This document shows positions 1 to 11,561 of a DNA stretch of 64,000 bases, piece by piece. The notes beneath the pieces are model-generated. The model made no database searches. It was not told the DNA's origin and saw only the letters and a list, made by a program, of their open reading frames with translations. Numbering within the stretch: position 1 is the stretch's first letter; the number at the start of each line of letters is the position of its first letter. This stretch comes from Squalus acanthias (Eukaryota). Position numbers and translations under genes: made by a program. The DNA is taken from contig CM059431.1 of the NCBI GenBank assembly GCA_030390025.1, positions 94,924,001 to 94,988,000 of the forward strand, in the 5' to 3' direction.

Positions 1-428
1 TCTTGTAGATGGTCATTGTGGAGCGAATGTTACCTGCCACTTATCAGCCCAAGCCTGGATGTTGTCCAGGTGTTGCTAAATGCAGCCATGGACTTCTTCA
101 TTATTTGAGGAGTTACGAATGGAACTGAATACTGTGCAATCATCAGCGAACATCCCCACTTCTGACCTTATGATGGCGAGAAGATCATTGATGAAGCAAA
201 TGAAGATGATTGGGTCCAGGACACTGCCCTGAGGAACTGCTGCAGTGATGTCCTGGGGCTGAGATGATTTGCCTCCAACAACTACAACCATCTTCCTTTG
301 TGCTAGGTATAACTCCAGCCAGTGGAGAATTTTCCCCCTGATTTCCATTGACTTCAATTTTACCAGGGCTCCTTGATGCCACACTTGGTCAAATGCTCCC
401 TTGATGTCAAGAGCAGTCACTCTCACCG
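1..428 (-). mobile_element. LINE reverse-transcriptase fragment (CR1/L2 group, different family from its neighbours)
   Basis: ORF 76-486(-): LDIKGAFDQVWH...VPQGSVL.P..F..FINDL...FADD. Confidence 0.85.
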
Positions 429-429
429 C

Positions 430-960
430 ACCTGTTGTCCAGCAGGGATCTGTACTGGGCCTCAGCTTTTCACTATATTTATACATGACTTAGATGAAGG
501 AATAGAGAGCCGTATTTACAAATTTGCTGATGACACCAAGGTAGGTGGCATAGTGAATAGTGTAGTTGGGAGCATAAAGTTGCAAAGGGACATTGATAGA
601 TTAAGTGAGTGGACAAAACTGTGGCAGAAGGAGTTCAAGGTGGGAAAGCGTGAGGTCATCCACTTTGGACCTAAGAAATATAGGTCAGAGCATTTTCTAA
701 ACAGTGAGGAGCGAGGAACAGTGGAGGAGCAGAGAGATTTAAGGGTCCAAGTAAAGAAATCACTAAAAGCTAGTGGACAGGTACGAAAAATAATTAAAAT
801 GGCTAATGGAATGTTAGCCTTTATCTCAAGAGGGCTGGAAACAAAGAGGTGGAAGTAATGTTACATTTATATAAAGCCCTGCTTAGACCCCATTTAGAGT
901 TACTGCATTCAGTTTTGGACACCACTCCTTAGGAAGGATATATTGGCCTTGAAGGGGTGA
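430..960 (+). mobile_element. CR1 LINE RT fragment (5' part; continues at ~3140-3770)
   Basis: GPQLFTIFIHDLDEG...KFADDTK...LQRDIDRLSEW. Breaks off at 960 where a minus-strand CR1 tail begins. Confidence 0.9.
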
Positions 961-3135
961 ACATAAGAACGTAAGAGTTAGGAGCAGGAGTAGGCCATAT
1001 GGCCCCTCGACCATGCTCCGCCATTCAATAAGATCATGGCTGATCTTCGACCTCAACTCCATATCCCTTGATTCCTCTCGAGTCCAAAAATCTATCTATC
1101 TCAGCCTTGAATATACTCAATGATGCAGCATCCACAGTCCTTTGGGGTAGAGAATTCCAAAGATTCACAACCCTCTGAGTGAAGAAATTCCTCCTCATCT
1201 CAATCTTAAATGGCCAATCCCTTATCCTGAGACTATGCGTCCTAGTCCTAGACTCTTCAGCCATGGGAAGCAACCTCTCAGCATCTACCCTGTCAATCTC
1301 CCTCAGAATCTTATGTGTTTCAATGAGATCACCTCTCATTCTTCTAAACTTCAGAGCGTATAGGCCCAATCTACTCAATCTCTCCTCATAGCACAACCCT
1401 CTCATCCCAGGGATCAATCTAATGAAATAAAAACAGAAAATGCTGGAAATACTCAGCAGATCAGGCAGCATCTATTGAGAGAGAAACAGAGTTAACGTTT
1501 CAGGTCAATGACCCTTCGTTCTGACAAAGGGTCACCGACCTGAAAGGTTAACTCTGTTTCTCTCTCTACAGATGCTATCTGATCTGCTGAGTATTTCCAG
1601 CATTTTCTGTTTTTATTTCATATTTCCAGCATCCGCAGTATTTTGCTTTTGTATCAATCTAATGAACCTTTGTTGCACCGCCTCCAAGGCAAGTATGTCC
1701 TTCCTCAGATAAGGAGACCAAAACTGTGCACATTATTCCAGGTGTGGTCTCATCAAAGCCCTGTACAATTGTAGTAAGACTTCCTTACTCTTTACTCCAA
1801 CCCCCTTGCAATAAAGGCCAACATGCCATTTGCCTTCCTAATTGCTTGCTAACTTTCTGTGTTTCTTGTATGAGGACAACTAAATCTCTCTGAACACCAA
1901 CATTTAATAGTTTCTCACCATTTAAAAAATATTCTGTTTTTCTATTCTTCCTATCAAAGTGAATAACCTTACATTTCCCCACATTATACTCCATCTGCCA
2001 CCTTGTTGCCCACTCACTTAACACGTCTATATCCCTTTGCAGGCTCTTTGTGTTCTCCTCACAGCTTACTTTCCCTCTTAGCTTTATATTATCGCAAACT
2101 TGGATACATTGCACTCGGTCCCTGCGATACCCCAATAGTTAAAGCCTGCCAGCTGGAAAATGACCCGTTTATCCCTACTCTCTGTTTTTTGTCCATTAAC
2201 CAATCCTCTATCCATGTGAATATATTATCTCCAACCTCATGAGCCCTTATCTTACTTAACAACCTTTTATGTGACACCTTATCGAAAGCCTTTTGGAAAT
2301 CCAAATATACTACATCCACTGGTTCCCCTTTATCTACCCTGCTAGTTACACCCTCAAAAAACTCTAATAAATTTGTCAAACACGATTTTCCTTTTCTAAA
2401 ACCATGTTGACTCTGCCTAATTATATTATGATTTTCTAAGTGCCCTGTTACCACTTCCTTAATAATGGATTCCAGCATTTTCCTGATGACTGATGTCAGG
2501 CTAACTGGCCTGTGGGTTCCTATTTTCTCTCTCCCTCCTTTCTTGAATAGCGGCGTTACATTTGCTACCTTCCAATCCACTAGGACCATTCTAGAATCTA
2601 GGGAATTTTGGAAGATCACAACCAATGCATCCACTATCTCTGCAGCCACCTCTTTTAGAACCCTAGGATGTAGGCCGTTAGGTCATGGGGATTTGTTGGC
2701 TTTTAGTCCCATTAGTTTCTCAAGTACTTTTTCTCTACTGATATTAATTACTTTAAGTTCCTCACTCTCATTCGCCCCTTGGTTCCTCATTATTTTAGTA
2801 TGCTTTTTGTGTCTTCTACTGTGAAGACAGATACAAAATATTTGTTTAAAGTCTCTGCTATTTCCTTATTCTCCATTATAATTTCTCCTGTCTCAGCCTC
2901 TAAGGGACCAATGCTTACTTTTGCTACTCTCTTCCTTTTTACATATTTGTACAAGTTCTTACAATCTGTTTTTATATTTCTTGCTGGTTTGCTCTCATAT
3001 TCTATTTTCTCCCCTTTTATCAATTTCTTTGGTCATCCTTTGCGGGTTTCTAAAGCTTTCCCAATCCTTAGGCTTACTAATATTTTTCGCAACATTATAA
3101 GCCTCTTCTTTTAATCTAATACTATGCTTAACTTC
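961..3135 (-). mobile_element. 5'-truncated degenerate CR1 LINE (ORF2 RT region + 3' tail)
   Basis: acataagaac tail at 961. ORFs 1034-1471, 1785-2135, 2089-2649 and 2790-3023 carry CR1 RT motifs (QHGF.KGKSCLTNL, YLDFQKAFDKV). Confidence 0.95.
1427..1652. mobile_element. Penelope-derived fold-back insert (family P1) with degenerate hammerhead motif
   Basis: ~95-bp inverted arms (1423-1517/1526-1620) plus a tail; 14-bp TSD atcaatctaatgaa (1413-1426/1653-1666). The core GTT-CTGACAA-AGGGTC-ACC-GACCT-GAAA at 1518-1552 is mutated. Confidence 0.75.
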
Positions 3136-3139
3136 TTTC

Positions 3140-3770
3140 GGTCTTTAGGGAGCAGTGCAGATTCCCCAGAATTATACCGGGCTAAAAGATTAAATTATAA
3201 GGACAGGTTTCATAGACTAGGCTTGTATTCCCTTGAGTATAGAAGATTAAGGACATAATTCTGCTGAAGAAACATGTGAGGGGAATGCAAAACCAAGCTG
3301 TTTGTAAACAGGAGATTCAGGAGTTTTCTGCTGGGATGTGGTTCATGTTCAAAGTCTCTGTGACAATGTGATCCAATGACCATCAAGAATCAATGCAGCT
3401 TCATCTCTCTCTAATTGAGGTGTTTAAGATGATTACAGGATTGGATAGAGAAACTATTTCTTGTGGATGAGTCCAGTGCAAGGGGGTATAACCTTAAAAT
3501 TAGATCTAGGCTGTTCAGGGGTGATGTCAGGAAGCATTGCTTCACTCAATGGGTAGTGGAAATCTGGAACTCTCTGCCCCAAAATGCTGTTGAGTCTATG
3601 CCAATTTAAAATGTCAAAACTGAGATTGATAGTTTTTTATTAGGCAAGGGTATTAAGGGTCACGGTAGCAAGGCGGGTAGATGGAGTTAAGATACAGATC
3701 AGCCATGATCTAATCGAATAGTGGAAGTCTCGAGGGGCTCAATGACCTACTCCTGTTCCTATTTTCTTAT
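3140..3770 (+). mobile_element. CR1 LINE 3' end (continuation of 430-960), with unrelated insert ~3255-3410
   Basis: Degenerate CR1 C-terminal coding motifs, then the 3' UTR stem-loop ending ctcctgttcctattttcttat. Confidence 0.75.
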
Positions 3771-4215
3771 ATAAACAGTTTAACAAATGTTTTGCATTTC
3801 TATGGGTGTCAGTAGAGTATACTTTTAACCATCAGCTCTCTCCAATTAACACGCGCGAAGCTCATTTTCCACACATATTCTGTTGCACAGAACCTTGCCA
3901 GTCGCCAACCTGTATTGGAAAATCACAGGAAGTGTGCGCATGGAAAATGACCCCCTATAGCTCATGAATAGGTGACTGGATTTAGAAGCCCAGCGATGAT
4001 GTCAGGTTTTGTTTCACAAGAAGGGAGGATCAGATGACTGAGTTTTATTTTGTGACATAAAAGGGACTGAATAGTAGGTGGGTGTGATGGGAGTTACCAG
4101 TCATTATCTTCACCAGTATCATTCTCTCTCTGACTAAGGACTTTTAAAGACCTATGTCTAACGTTACCATCGAGATCTTTTTGATTGAGTCTTTGAACAT
4201 TGTATTTTAAAAAGC

Positions 4216-4223
4216 ATGAATAG
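4216..4223 (+). CDS. Candidate first coding exon (ATG AAT AG) of CD80/CD86-like gene
   Basis: aagcATGAATAG|GTGAGA has A at -3, a good donor and a phase-2 end. It joins the phase-2 start of exon 5242-5294 to give M-N-R-S-E-R-L. A similar ATGAATAG|GTGAC at 3964-3971 is an alternative. Confidence 0.45.
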
Positions 4224-4237
4224 GTGAGAATTTTTGA

Positions 4238-4259
4238 TTCACTTTCGAGTTTCACTTCT
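4238..4259 (-). promoter_or_regulatory. Possible tandem IRF/ISRE-like motifs just inside the putative first intron
   Basis: Minus strand reads AGAAGTGAAACTCGAAAGTGAA (GAAANNGAA-type repeats). Motif match only. Confidence 0.2.
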
Positions 4260-4819
4260 ATGACTTTGTAGACTGTAAAAAATAACAATTTACTGTTCTA
4301 TGAACTTAAGCATAATTTATTTCATTTTTCTCACATCTGTAAAGGAATGGTAAGTCAATTAAAAAAATTAGAGTGAATATACCCTCATTCTAAAATTGTT
4401 TATTGTAATGAACCACAACTGACCTGATCCTGCCTCTGTCTAGATCAGCTGGCATGCTAAGCATTACAGGGCCCCTGTGGCATCTGTCACTGTGTTACAC
4501 ACTGCCTGAAACTGCAGAAGAGGAGCTGCAATCTAATCAGCCTGCACTGGGCAGCCTGACTTGTTACTCCTCTTGAAATGATATTTTTAGAAATTGGGAG
4601 GTTAGTAGTGGTACTATCACAATGTTAACAATCTTACCACCAACACAAAAAGGCAAAGGCTTCTTTAAATTAAATGTCTCCCTGCATTCCAATGAGCAGA
4701 AGTTTTATGTCAGTGCTTAAGGGATATGAAGATGTTAGTCTTGCCTCTTTAAATCAGTAAATTTGTACAAATATAGTTATGAAGAAAGACTTGCAAAATT
4801 GGTGGTTTTAGTATGGGAG

Positions 4820-5185
4820 TAGAGAAGATTAAGGGAGGACCTAATAAAGATTTTCCAAATTATGAAATGTTTGACAGGGAAGATAGTGAAAAATTGACAA
4901 ATCGGTAGGATTATCATTAGAAGAATGAAGGTGGAAGTTAGAAGCGAACTTTTCACACAGAGGGTTATTAGACCACAAGGGGATATTGAGGCAGAGACTA
5001 TAACATCATTTAAAAGGGAATTGGATAATTATTTGAAATTTGAAAAGGACGAATGTGAAAGGATATGGGAAAAGGGTAGAAATAGAAGTAGAGTAGACAG
5101 CTCCATTTGTAGAGTTAGCAATGGCACAGGTACGATGAGCCGAATGGCCTCCATCTGTGCTGTAAATTCTTTGCTAAAATTCTAA
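4820..5185 (+). mobile_element. Old CR1 3' fragment
   Basis: LFTQRV...AETITSFKRELDNYL and a CR1-type 3' UTR. Confidence 0.7.
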
Positions 5186-5241
5186 AGATCATAAGCATAT
5201 AGATTTTTAAAAACTTATTTTTTGTTATTTTTCAACTCTAG

Positions 5242-5294
5242 GTCTGAGAGATTGGCACTGGTTGCAACCCTAGTATTCAGCATTCTAAAGCACG
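5242..5294 (+). CDS. Signal-peptide (leader) exon of B7-family CD80/CD86-like gene
   Basis: Polypyrimidine tract tttgttatttttcaactctAG, then 53 nt, then GTAAGT. Encodes SERLALVATLVFSILKH, phase 2 to phase 1. Splices in frame to the IgV exon and completes a signal peptide ending VLA-AG. Confidence 0.75.
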
Positions 5295-6062
5295 GTAAGT
5301 GCAGAATTTTTATGGGATAGATTTCCGTGTTCACTGCTTGGGCAGAGTGGATCGCCCACTCATTATACAACCCACTTGTTTTCATTTCCAATGGAAAAGA
5401 ACATTGGGTGGGTTCTATAAAAAGAGGAAAATCCCACCAGATTACTGGCCAAGTAGTGAACATGGAAATCTATCTCTCCAACCTAGTTATGCCTGTGATG
5501 TTCTGACTATAATGTTGAGATCAAACATTGTCACCATGACCATATGGTCATGCTAATGAATGCCATAAAAACCTTACCTTTGTAGACAAACTTTAGAGTT
5601 CCTGGCACAAGTCTGCTGCAGTGTAAGTGCTTTTCCCACCTTTTATACTGGTATATTTCTGACGCTTTGGGAGTGTTGTTCCCATGTGTGGTAATTGGGA
5701 GCAGCTTTCTGCAAACATTCCAACATTCCCCTCTTCCCAAACACCAGCAGCATGAGACTATGACCCAGGCTGGGAGTGGAGATGCATTGGCAGGCATATC
5801 CGAATGAAACTTTATAAACCAAAGCAATTATTTCATACACATACACCCAGTGCGTACCCCAACACATACACTGGTTCTGAAATGAAAGTAACAGAATGCT
5901 ACATTGTTCAAGTGTTTTAAAATTTCTCTGCCCATGTTCCCCTTCTCTTTCTCCCCCCCCCACCCCCCTTCCCATGAAGGTATTGACATCCTGTTGGACT
6001 ATAATTCTACATTTACTGATAATCGTCTAGTATCTCTTGCAAATTGCCATGCTGTCAGACAT

Positions 6063-7195
6063 GATTCAGTGATAGTGCCTTGAGTCAGTTGGTCGTGGGT
6101 TCAAGCCCCTCTCCAGAGACTTGAGTATGTAATCTAATCTGAGACTTCAAGGCAGCACTGAGGGAATCACTGGACTGTTGGAGGTGCCATCTTTCAGATG
6201 AGGTGTTAAACTGAAGCCCTGTCTGCCTTCTCAGGTGGACATAAAAGATATTGCCGCACTATTTGAGGAGCTGGACAGTTCTCTTTGGGGGAAAAATTAG
6301 GTTGATTTGCACCTAAGAGGGCGCTAACGGGGCGCAAATCAACTAGCGCCTGGGCGCGGTGCCGCTAACGCCTCCTGTGAAATTCAGCGGGAGGTTAGCG
6401 GCGGCGATAACCGTTAGTGCCCCATGGTGCTGCGCCGCCGGCGATGACATCATAGCCATGCCCAGTGCCCCGCTCGCGCCCCGGCCGTGATCTCCGGTAG
6501 CGCCACCTGACTTACTACCGGACGCTATGTCCAACAGAGTCAAGGGGGCCTAACTGCGGCCGGGACGGCGTAAATTAAAGGCGAGGTGCCGGGCGGCCAT
6601 TTTTGTTGCTGGCTGCCTGCCAGCACCTGCCCCCGTTGCTGTCCCCGATCTCCTGTGAAGCCCCCCCCGGGGTGCCGGCTGCGCTCTGTGAGCCCGGCAC
6701 TCCTCTTGAGTCTTTGCTCTTTTGCCGGCACTCCGATCCCTGGTGGCCCAGCGGGGCCCCGGGTCATGCTGCGCCAGGCCCCTCCCCTTTAATAAGGGGC
6801 GGAAGGCCTGCAGTACCGCGGTGCGACATGCCGCAGAGCGTGGCACTGCTGCACGTAATGCCGTGATATTCACTCACAGCACCCCAAGAGGGAGGTGGGG
6901 CGCTTCCAGTAGCGCCCTGCCTCCCTCTTGGGGCATGACCAGTGAATTTTAGCGTCCCGGCGAAATTAGCGCCCCGAAGGGGGCACGACCCAATTTTGCC
7001 CCCTTAGTGTCTTGGTCAACATTTATCCCTTAACTACTCCTATTAACACAGATTATCTGGTCTCTTATCTCATTACTGTTTGTGGAACCTTGCTGTGAAT
7101 AAATTGCTGCGTTTGCCTTCGCTACTATTCAAAACTATTTATTGGCTGTGAAGTGCTTCGGGACATCCCGAGGATATGAAAGGCGCTTTATATTC
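6063..7195 (+). mobile_element. tRNA-headed Deu-domain SINE (SacSINE1/AmnSINE1-like), split by MITE 6287-7003
   Basis: B-box gggttcaagccc; ggaggtgccatctttcagatgag...ctcaggtggacataaaagat. Resumes at 7004 with gtgtcttggtcaacatttatccct...aaaggcgctttata. Confidence 0.8.
6287..7003. mobile_element. GC-rich Harbinger-type MITE (family M1)
   Basis: TIRs GGGGGAAAAATTAGG / CCCAATTTTGCCCCC; 3-bp TSD ttt/tta; interrupts a SINE. Confidence 0.8.
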
Positions 7196-7984
7196 TTGCT
7201 ATGGCTTATATGTTAGCCTTCATAGTGACTGACAGAAGCTTTTCAACAGCTTGCGAATAGTCAATGAAACAGTTAATATCTAATATTTATTAGGGAATTT
7301 CCCTAACAGGCGGTGTTCATCTTTCTGATCCTCTTTTATATGTAGGACCTCTCCATATTTTTAATCTGTTCTCAACACAATAGCCTTAAACTAGTTTCAT
7401 CAAAAATCCACCCACTGCTCCCCTCCAGCCCACAGCTTTACAGAGCCTTGAGAAGCAGACTCAACGCAATGGGCTTCTTAGCTTCATCAACGGCCTGAAG
7501 GAGGTCATTAAAAGTGATATTGCTCTTTTTACTGATGACACCATTCTCTGCCCCATCTGACAGGCAAGTGCCGACCGAGTCACTGTAAGTAGATACAAAC
7601 AGAATTCAATAGTGAGAGGGTAAATGATGTTACACTTAGTACAGGGAATGTAAAGTCAATATTCTGATGAGAAAGATATGCATAAGAATGCCTTACTAAC
7701 TTTATAACCTAGAAATTGTGTAACTCCACCAGATGAAGTTTCAACTGTCAGAATTGGGTGCAGGCTCAGTGCGCCCAATTGCCGCAATTCTGATTTTCCC
7801 TCCATTAATTTAAACCTGGAGTGCCACAAATGATTGCGGAGGGTGAGGGTCCCAGGGTGGCAGTGTCCCAGATTATTTTTGTGGGCCACAGAGGAGCACT
7901 TTGGGCCCCACAAAAATAATTCCAAACTTAAAGGAGGTGGACCTCTTTTCCTCTATCGCCTGTGGCACTGATCTAAGAGTGCAC

Positions 7985-8374
7985 TCGATTTCAAAATTCT
8001 CATCCTTGTTTTCAAATCCCTCCATGTCCTCACCCCTCCCTATCTCTGTAATCTCCTTCAGCCCCACAACCCCCCGAGATATCTGCGCTCCTCTAATTCT
8101 GCCCTCTTGAGCATCCCTGATTATAATCGCTCAACCTTTGGTGGCCGTGCCTTCTGTTGCCTAGGCCCTAAGCTCTGGAATTCCCTGCCTAAACCTGTCC
8201 GCCTCGCTACCTCTCTTTCCTTCTTTAAGACTCTCCTTAAAACCTACCTCTTTGACCAAGCTTTTGGTCACCTGCCCTAATTTCTCCTTATGTGGATCGG
8301 TGTAAAATTTGTTGCCTTGGGACGTTTTACTACATTAAAGACGTTATATAAATACAAGTTGTTGTTGTTGTTGT
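7985..8374 (+). mobile_element. L2 LINE 3' end
   Basis: ttcaaaattctcatccttg...ggtggccgtgccttc...ctctggaattccctgcc...ttaaaacctacctctttga, ending in a (ttg)n tail. Confidence 0.8.
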
Positions 8375-8524
8375 CGCACGGATCATGTTCCGAACAGTTC
8401 CAACCTAAAATGGCAATCAGCGTCCTAGGACTTTGATTTGCATATTAAAAGGGGCCTACCAACTGAAACAAGCAGGCACTTTGGGCACCCAGTGGTAGGC
8501 CCATTTCAAAATCTTAGAATCATA

Positions 8525-9417
8525 GGGGGAGAAATTCGGTATCGCCCTGTTTGGGGCGCAATTATCGGCCGGGCGCAAAGATTAGCGCCTGGCACTAATT
8601 ATTGCCACCGACTGCAAACTTGACTTTTATCGCCCCTGGAGGTGATTGGAGCGCTAAATCAGGTGCTTCACACCTGTCCTAAGGCGCAAAGGCCGAGGAG
8701 CGAGGCGCTACCTCAGAGCGCTGGCGAAGCTCATGTAATGTCAGTCAGCAATGGAACACACACACAATGGCACGGGCCAGTTCTTAAAGGGGATGGTTAA
8801 TCTCACTTTCCATCCACATCCTGCTAATTGCAGCCTTGAATCTCGGCCTGGAGAGACCTGCACATCAAATCTGCGGGAAAGAACAATGGTGAGTACCAGG
8901 GAAAAAGCTCAGAGTGCAGCCCCCACAGTCTCTTTTAAATCGATACAAGGAATGGCAAATCAAAATGAACCTGCAAAGTGCTGCTCAGTACCCAAAACTC
9001 CTTCACTCAACGTTGAAACTCTCCAGAAGTCTCTCTCTCTCTCTCTCTGAATGCGTAGTTCAAAAATGGCACCAACGATAAAAGGCAGGAAGCGGTCACC
9101 TTTAAATAGCGCTCCCCCTTTCCCTTCATGACTGCAGAACGCTCCACTCAAACTGTCGTTGCTAGCGTCAGGCGGTAAGGCAGGGGGCGCCACTCAATAT
9201 CCGCTCCGGGGCGCTACCGGGGTGTTGCGCACTCGACTGACGTCACGATCTGCCGGCGCAGGAGATCGTGGCAGTAGTGTTTAGCGCCGCCGCAAAATGT
9301 CTAGTTAATTTGGCGAGCGGCGCAAACATCGCCGCGCCTGGGCGCTAGATGCTTTGCGCCCCATTAGCGCCCTCTTAAGGCACTAACGGGAGGCGCAACC
9401 AACTGAATTTTTCCCCC
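8525..9417. mobile_element. GC-rich Harbinger-type MITE (family M2)
   Basis: TIRs GGGGGAGAAATTC / GAATTTTTCCCCC; perfect ATA TSD; inserted in a CR1 agaatcata tail that continues 9418-9540. Confidence 0.85.
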
Positions 9418-11139
9418 ATAGAATCTTACAGCACAGAAGGAGACAATTTGACCCATTGTGCCTGTGCTGGCTTTTTGAAAGAGCTGTCCAATTCGTCCCA
9501 CTCCCATGCTGTTTCCCAATAACCCTGCAAATTTTTCCTTGGTGCCGGCCACATTATGTTGGTTATAAGGTAACCGACCCCATTTTGAGGCCGTTACCGC
9601 CCCATTAAAGTCAGGCGTAACAAGTGAAAATCGGCCTCATTGAGTGAAAATCCATACCACCAGTGGAGTTTTGCAATTTCAGGGCTCATGGGATCACTCA
9701 CAAATATTGGATCCTTGGCATCTGATCCATAGTGAGGCAAATAAATGGTGAACATGACTGGTGAAAGTATTCGGCAACTCTGGTGTTCACATCCACCCTG
9801 CAGTAATCTTGTTTGGCTGGCTGCAAAATGAAAACCATTTCTTCCTACTGGACACTGTGCCAACTAAAGTTACTTCTTTGGGACAGGGACCTAAGATTTC
9901 CATGACCCGCCCAATTTTCTTCTTCTGTTGAGCTTCTTCTGCATCCTTTACTCCCTTCCATTGCACCCCAGGCCCAAGGAAATGCCGGGCTACTGTTTAT
10001 TCTTCCATGATCCAAAGACTAGAAGAGTACAAGAGGGCTCCTGTCAATTGCAGAAAGCTATTAAAGTAACAAAGGTTTTCAATCGCTGTGCACTCCAGTT
10101 GATGAGGATCAAGGCTTTGCTTACGGCGGGGGTTAGGGGGGGTTGTCCTTTGGCACTGTGTATGAAAGAAATATCTGAGTAAAGCCTGAAAACATAACCA
10201 GGGCTTTGATCATTATCCACTGATACCTGCAGAAAGTGCAAACGCCAAGTGAGAGCTTGGCTGTGATGTCCAAATAATCTGACTCGGCTCAAACATGAAG
10301 AGTGAGTGGGGTACTGGAGGGCAGCTGGTGCCTTTCAAACCCAGGAAGGAGCAAACACTTTTGGAAGGAGAAGGAAGGAAAGGGAAAACTAGGAGGAAAA
10401 GAAAAGATTTCTGAAATAAATTTTACAAAATCTATACAGAATTTCAGTGTCAATGTTTTACACACTGTATATGAAGCTAAAGGGCTGATTTCCCAATTGA
10501 GCACTCCCAATGCTCACAGAGAGTACTTGTCGGGAAATCATCAGCTCACAGTGCCAAATGTTCTGTCCATTTAAATTAATGGTTCCTAACCAGCGCTTCC
10601 TGTGGGCAGTGTTCCAGTCCTGGAACACTCAATCAAGGAATCAGCCCTAATATCAGCGCTGTCACTTGGAACTCTTATCTCTTGTATGCAGAAGTTTAGT
10701 TGAGGCAGAGCTGTTGCAGGGTGTATTAATCTATTTGAAATCTTTGACTTTCCGTTAGTATCTCTGCACTATCTCTCTTAGCAGACGATTTTCTGTTGTC
10801 TCAGAAACTGTCAGCGACATTCATGAGACAGCTGTTGGTGGCTGCAACCGATTGTTTTTTATAGCTTAACAAACCGGAACCCAAACCACCTCGAACCCAC
10901 TGACTTCCGGTTTTAACAGAGACAGGACAGGTCCAGGCAACCAACCCACTCCAGGAGGCAGGTCACTCATTTAAATATTTTAATGAGCCTCAGATTTTAC
11001 TTCCATTTTAAATTTTACGCCGGCCGGCCCAAACCTGCCCACTTTTGGGGGTAAAAATTCCCCCCAGCATTTGGATTATGAAGGAGATTATCCAGAATTC
11101 CCAGGAGTGATGGTGTTGATATGGACAGTGGCCGTTGCC

Positions 11140-11400
11140 TCATGTAATGAAAACAGGCACCATGACATCAATATGTTAATACCCATATACTGTCTGTTAG
11201 AGCACGTGGGACCACATAGAAAAAGAGGAACAGCCAATTACAGGTGATTCATCCTTCAAATAACCCCTGGACATTCCCAGTAATGCTTACATACCAAAGA
11301 AGGATGAGACAGTTCTGTGCGGATTACAGAAAATCAAATGACCTAATGGTAATAGATGTGTACCCTATAACTCGTACCAAGAAGATCCTCATAAAACTAA
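11140..11400 (+). mobile_element. Highly degenerate Gypsy LTR-retrotransposon RT fragment
   Basis: Frameshifted VIHPSNNPWTFPV...PKKDE..FCADYRK.NDLMVIDVYPITR resembles Gypsy PS.SPWASPV.LVPKKDG.R.CVDYRKLN..T..DAYPLPR. Confidence 0.65.
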
Positions 11401-11561
11401 TCCGCAGACTCTAACAAGTGTGTGTTCATTATCATGTTATTAGTTTACTCTCTGAAAAGTCCAGTTACTGATCCAGCCAGCTGTTAGCTCCCTTTGATAG
11501 TCTGCTCACCTTCTCAAGTTACCATTGCAGTGATGTTGCTTTGTGGGAGATGCGGGTAATT

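Noticed and set aside
4346..4355. ATG|GTAAGT strong donor as first coding exon
   Set aside because: Phase 0: splicing to 5242 gives ATG GTC TGA, an immediate stop.
6063..6115. tRNA gene
   Set aside because: A tRNA-derived SINE head with no complete cloverleaf.
6343..6952. Overlapping GC-rich ORFs suggesting a gene or promoter CpG island
   Set aside because: They fall within a TIR-bounded MITE and show no protein motifs.
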